From UHGV virus genome UHGV-0018639: DNA of 64,000 bases; one strand, given 5' to 3'. Shown piece by piece: positions 62,990-64,000 of this stretch (position 1 is the first letter of the stretch; each line of letters opens with the position of its first letter). A program made the translations under genes and the position numbers. The notes under the pieces were generated by a model. That model saw nothing but the letters and a program-made list of their open reading frames with translations, searched no databases and had not been told where the DNA came from. Source of the stretch: a virus.

Positions 62990-63062
62990 TGACTAATTTT
63001 ACCACGGATTCACGGAAATGTCAATGGCCAAGGATTTCCATTTTAGACTATGATAGTCTAAA
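62990..63062 (-). promoter_or_regulatory. early-class operator and promoter
   Basis: Palindrome 63042-62. Confidence 0.6.
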
Positions 63063-63161
63063 TTTTTTTGTTTGTGAAATAACTAACGAATTTCGGTAAA
63101 ATTTTCACAAAGCGTAATCGTTTGTGAAATAACAAACAAACTTTTTCAAAAAAAGGAACGG

Positions 63162-63518
63162 TCAAATGACCGCTCCAATTTTTCCCATTTTCTGCCATTT
63201 TGTAATTATTTTCCAATTTTCGGACGCCTGCCGCACAAGCGATGAAGGCGCGGTTTTGCCGTGCGCGTTGAATATGTCATTGATTTGCTTGACTGTCGCA
63301 GGATAGAATGTTATCAGAACGCCGCGTTTCCCGCGCACAAAAGCAATAGCATTGTCAGTTATATCAATGTGCGCGGCGCGTTCAGCGTCGTAGAATGTGG
63401 CATAGGTCTGCCCTATGCCAAGTTCAGATATAAGAAGCGCGCGGTCGACACGCTCTGAACTAACGTGCCGACTCGCGCGCCGTGCCTTATACATTGTGTG
63501 TCTGGTCGTAGACCGCAC
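63162..63518 (-). CDS. hypothetical basic protein (118 aa)
   Basis: ORF track entry, GC-rich. Confidence 0.45.
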   Translation of the reverse strand: MRSTTRHTMYKARRASRHVSSERVDRALLISELGIGQTYATFYDAERAAHIDITDNAIAFVRGKRGVLITFYPATVKQINDIFNAHGKTAPSSLVRQASENWKIITKWQKMGKIGAVI

Positions 63519-63580
63519 CAGCTATCAGGCCGACAGCTCCAAGGAAAGCGAAGAGAGCGAATCCAAGCGTAAAGTACATA

Positions 63581-63856
63581 TCACTCATCCTCCTTCAACA
63601 TCTGGAACTGGTCATACAGTTCCCAGCGCACATACACGACCAGCTCCGGCCAGCGGGGGCTGTCGTAGCTCAAGCGGGCGCAAAAGCTCACGACTGTCGC
63701 AGTGTCCAGCTCATCTTCAGACCACCAACGGCGGTGTACGGCGTAACCGTCCTTTCCGTTGTGGGTCGCGTACTCCAGCCGATAGCCCGTTGTGGCTTCG
63801 TAAAGCGCAATGTGGTTGTCCTGCTGGTTCAGGCTTTTCAATTGTCCAAGTGTCAT
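63581..63856 (-). CDS. hypothetical protein (91 aa)
   Basis: RBS AGGAAGGAG; a GC hairpin lies upstream. Confidence 0.45.
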   Translation of the reverse strand: MTLGQLKSLNQQDNHIALYEATTGYRLEYATHNGKDGYAVHRRWWSEDELDTATVVSFCARLSYDSPRWPELVVYVRWELYDQFQMLKEDE

Positions 63857-63913
63857 TTTAATGTTCTCCTTCCTAAAATTGGAGCGGCTTGTTAGGCCGC
63901 TCCGTTGTTGTTG

Positions 63914-64000
63914 TCAGATTGTTTCCGGCAGGGTCATGCCGTCAAATTCGCGGATATCATACACGGTTTCAGGGTCATAAACGTAGCCGTAGTTTTCAGC
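63914..64000 (-). CDS. C-terminal end of a gene that continues past the window end
   Basis: Open minus-strand frame ...AENYGYVYDPETVYDIREFDGMTLPETI*. Confidence 0.35.
   Translation of the reverse strand, partial: AENYGYVYDPETVYDIREFDGMTLPETI

Noticed and set aside
55108-63062. The 21-bp palindromes as intrinsic terminators
   Set aside because: A 9-bp AT-rich stem with a 1-3-nt loop and no downstream U-tract in the transcription direction does not fit a rho-independent terminator. Its fixed position upstream of each -35 favours a protein-binding operator.
10773-64000. Possibility of stop-codon reassignment explaining the ORF-free regions
   Set aside because: No suppressor tRNA (CTA, TCA or TTA anticodon) is found among the roughly 16 tRNAs. 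All other genes are compact and well-formed under the standard code.
1-64000. CRISPR arrays
   Set aside because: The only regularly spaced repeats are the iterons (variable about 24-bp phasing, no unique spacers of constant length) and the operator palindromes, which are 300-600 bp apart. Neither fits a repeat-spacer architecture.

Overview
This window looks like a low-GC (about 38%) tailed dsDNA phage, or possibly a phage-plasmid. Its Gram-positive-type lysin (GH25 muramidase, PG_binding_1 and SH3b domains) and HylP-like fibre N-termini suggest a Firmicutes host. Coding is compact and uses the standard genetic code. I see five modules.

1. 1-10.2 kb, minus strand: DNA metabolism. A partial Cys-repeat protein, a type II topoisomerase GyrB/gp39-like subunit, a UvrD-like helicase, a membrane-anchored GIY-YIG nuclease, an ATP-dependent ligase, a P-loop kinase and RNase H.

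2. 10.2-24.7 kb, plus strand: a large tRNA island of at least 16 tRNAs, several non-canonical, plus three ORF-free regions that look transcribed. Accessory genes sit among them: an SPFH/band-7 protein, a metallophosphoesterase, an N6-adenine DNA methyltransferase, a ClpP-family protease, and a PhoH-like ATPase split by a group I intron.

3. 24.8-34.6 kb: tail fibres. Four share a HylP-like N-terminal domain and one carries a collar domain. They are followed by a multidomain endolysin (GH25, an amidase-like domain, two PG_binding_1 domains and SH3b) whose amidase-like domain is split by a second, closely related group I intron.

4. 34.6-53.2 kb: dozens of small genes, many Cys-rich and several paralogous, plus a KH-domain protein, a minimal nucleotidyltransferase, a P-loop kinase and a radical-SAM enzyme. 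About 19 near-identical sigma70-type promoters (TTGATT-N17-TATAATATATATAGAAA) drive these, together with the module 2 tRNAs and ncRNA candidates. They are followed by two Rep-like winged-helix proteins and a 1.7-kb ORF-free iteron field that I take as a putative origin.

5. 55.1-64 kb, minus strand: an early or accessory region of small genes, several GC-rich and so probably acquired. Almost every gene has its own TTGAC(A/T)-N17-TAtAAT promoter preceded by a conserved 21-bp palindrome, TTTAGACTA-N3-TAGTCTAAA. There are 17 copies, and I read them as the operator set of an undescribed regulon.

Coordinates of the small ORFs I added by eye, and the intron boundaries, are approximate to within a few nucleotides.
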